The notes under the pieces: model-generated
What the model saw: the letters and a program-made list of their open reading frames with translations, nothing else
Told to the model about the DNA's origin: nothing
Databases searched by the model: none
Part shown: positions 62,112 to 64,000 of the stretch, piece after piece
Layout: each line of letters starts with the position of its first letter
Numbering within the stretch: the first letter of the stretch is position 1
Made by a program: the position numbers and the translations under genes
Virus record (IMG/VR): IMGVR_UViG_3300006930_000006
Origin: an uncultured virus (IMG/VR IMGVR_UViG_3300006930_000006)
Taxonomy: Duplodnaviria > Heunggongvirae > Uroviricota > Caudoviricetes
Direction: 5' to 3' (one strand)
DNA: 64,000 nt

Positions 62112-64000
62112 ATGAACTTTTATATAAATTGCTTCGTAAAAGGTAATAATGTCTATTTAAGAGGTGTAGAAAATGGTAAAAGATTTTCAAGAATTATTAA
62201 GAATTATAAACCATATCTATTTGTAAAATCAAACAAAACAACAAGCAATTTATACAAGACTTTATATGACGAACCAGTCCAAAGAATGGATTTCAATAAT
62301 CTGTGGGATGCTAGAAACTATATAGAGCAATATAAAGGTACCAATGCAAAAATCTATGGCACAACCAACTTTGAAGAACAGTATATTAGTGAAGCTTATA
62401 AAGGACATATTACTTTTGACAGACAACATCTAAAAGTCTTCAACATAGATATTGAAACAGATATCAACGGTGGTTTTCCGGAACCAGCCTTAGCAAATAA
62501 TGCAATTACTGCTATAACAGTAAAAGATTCTAATAAAGGTAAGTTTTTCGTATTCGGTTGTAAAGACTATAATAACACCAATCCAAATGTTAAGTATGTT
62601 AAATGCCAAAATGAAAAACACTTATTAGAGAACTTTCTAAAACTCTGGACTTATGATTATCCAGATATTATTACAGGTTGGAATATAAGATTCTTTGATA
62701 TTCCATATATTATCAATAGGATAACAAAAGTACTTGGACCAGAACAAGCGAATAAATTGAGTGTCTGGGGGCAGATTACTAAGAAGACAATCTATGTTGC
62801 TAGTGACCCGTATGATTTACAAGAAATAGTTGGTATATCTTCTATGGATTATTTAGATCTATATAAGAAATATACATCAGGAAATAAGGAATCATATTCA
62901 TTAAACTCGATTGCAAATTATGAATTGGGGCAAGGTAAGATCGCATATACTGGATCATTGGATGATTTGTATGAAAGTGATTATCAGAAATTCATTGATT
63001 ATAATATACAAGATGTTAACCTCGTTGATTTAATTGATGAAAAAATGAAGTTGATAGATCTGCACTTAGATATGATGTATATTGCCAAAGCACCAAATAC
63101 GACAGTCTGCTATGGACCAGTTCGTTATTGGGAAATTTTACTCTACAATCATTTATTAGAAAAGAATATTGTAATCAATCCAAAAGATAAGAAAGAAGAT
63201 AAGTCTGAGCAGTATATTGGTGCTTATGTAAAAGAAACAACTCCTGGTTTATATAACTGGGTGGTTTCTTGTGATTTAGAATCTTTATATCCTTCTATTG
63301 TTATGCAATGGAACATTAGTCCAGAAACTTTGATAACTAGTGTGCCTGTAGAACTAGAAGCATTAACTTCTAAAGTAACTATTGATAAACTTGTCCACGA
63401 AGAGATTGACTTATCTTTACTTAAAAAGTATGATTATTCAATGACTGCCAATGGTGCTTTATATAGAAAAGATAAGTACGGTATTTTGCCAACTATCTTT
63501 AAAGAACTATTTGATGGCCGTAAGATTGCTAAAAAGGAAATGATTGAGTGCAAGAAGAAATTAGAAGTAGTAAAAGAACAACTATCACACGGTGAAACTA
63601 AAGAACTATTAAATGAAAAAGAAAGTCTAGTTAAGAAGATATCTGCTCTAAACAATAGACAGATGTGCTTGAAGATTTGTCTAAACTCTGCTTATGGTGC
63701 AATCGGTAATCAAGGCTTTGCTTATTATAATATCAAGAATGCTGTAGCTATTACAAGTAGTGGGCAAATGGTTATTAAAACCACTGAAAAAGAAACGAAT
63801 AAGATGCTAAATCAAAAGCTTAATACAAATCACGACTATGTGGTAGGTATTGATACTGACTCTGTTTATCTAGAATTAGAAAAATTCGTTGACCCCAAAT
63901 TAAGTATTGTCGAAAAAGTAAACTATTTAGATAAGTTTGCTGCTGATGAGTTAGAACCATTATTCCAAAGAACTTATCAACGGATGTTTGAATATACGAA
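62112..64000 (+). CDS. gp43: Family B DNA polymerase gp43 (partial, runs off the window)
   Basis: My translation from ATG 62112: YKPYLF, IDIET, GWNIRFFDIPY, DLESLYPS, KICLNSAYG, DTDS; absent from the ORF track because it has no stop in the window. Confidence 0.97.
   Translation, partial: MNFYINCFVKGNNVYLRGVENGKRFSRIIKNYKPYLFVKSNKTTSNLYKTLYDEPVQRMDFNNLWDARNYIEQYKGTNAKIYGTTNFEEQYISEAYKGHITFDRQHLKVFNIDIETDINGGFPEPALANNAITAITVKDSNKGKFFVFGCKDYNNTNPNVKYVKCQNEKHLLENFLKLWTYDYPDIITGWNIRFFDIPYIINRITKVLGPEQANKLSVWGQITKKTIYVASDPYDLQEIVGISSMDYLDLYKKYTSGNKESYSLNSIANYELGQGKIAYTGSLDDLYESDYQKFIDYNIQDVNLVDLIDEKMKLIDLHLDMMYIAKAPNTTVCYGPVRYWEILLYNHLLEKNIVINPKDKKEDKSEQYIGAYVKETTPGLYNWVVSCDLESLYPSIVMQWNISPETLITSVPVELEALTSKVTIDKLVHEEIDLSLLKKYDYSMTANGALYRKDKYGILPTIFKELFDGRKIAKKEMIECKKKLEVVKEQLSHGETKELLNEKESLVKKISALNNRQMCLKICLNSAYGAIGNQGFAYYNIKNAVAITSSGQMVIKTTEKETNKMLNQKLNTNHDYVVGIDTDSVYLELEKFVDPKLSIVEKVNYLDKFAADELEPLFQRTYQRMFEYT

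Noticed and set aside
63434..63655. Minus-strand 73-aa ORF
   Set aside because: Antisense to the DNA polymerase gene
1..64000. Stop-codon reassignment
   Set aside because: Core genes are full length under code 11 and TAG is used as a genuine stop
62112..64000. Intein or intron in gp43 (also considered for nrdD and uvsW)
   Set aside because: Motif spacing and protein lengths look normal, with no splice motifs seen

Overview
This is a 64 kb AT-rich segment of a large T4-like (Straboviridae/Kyanoviridae-like) myophage genome in standard genetic code. Genes from 1 to 54.2 kb are on the minus strand; from 54.3 kb onward they are on the plus strand. The T4 core is recognisable: rnh, primase gp61, regA, gp62/44/45, gp46/47, sigma gp55, uvsW, uvsY, gp3, gp33, gp59 and DNA polymerase gp43 (runs off the end). 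Many TATAAATA late promoters and TTGAC(A/T)-N17-TATA early promoters are present. GapR/DUF2312, an alphaproteobacterial-type GroEL and class III NrdD suggest an anaerobic or microaerobic alphaproteobacterial host (inference). The most striking element is an ORF-free region of about 1.2 kb at the strand switch. It holds a densely helical minus-strand RNA of about 650 nt with tandem early and late promoters, followed by an origin-like AT-rich tract with GCGA(A)AGC mini-hairpins and clustered TGATC sites. Other highlights: a phage LpxC plus acyl carrier protein; two podovirus-type head-tail adaptor homologues in early regions; more than 12 proteins carrying capsid-targeting-like leaders; a late-expressed sugar-nucleotide/glycosyltransferase set; a ROSE thermometer on hsp20; tRNAs with non-canonical T-loops; and apparent complete CATG avoidance. 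All protein calls come from motif recognition by eye; no searches were run.
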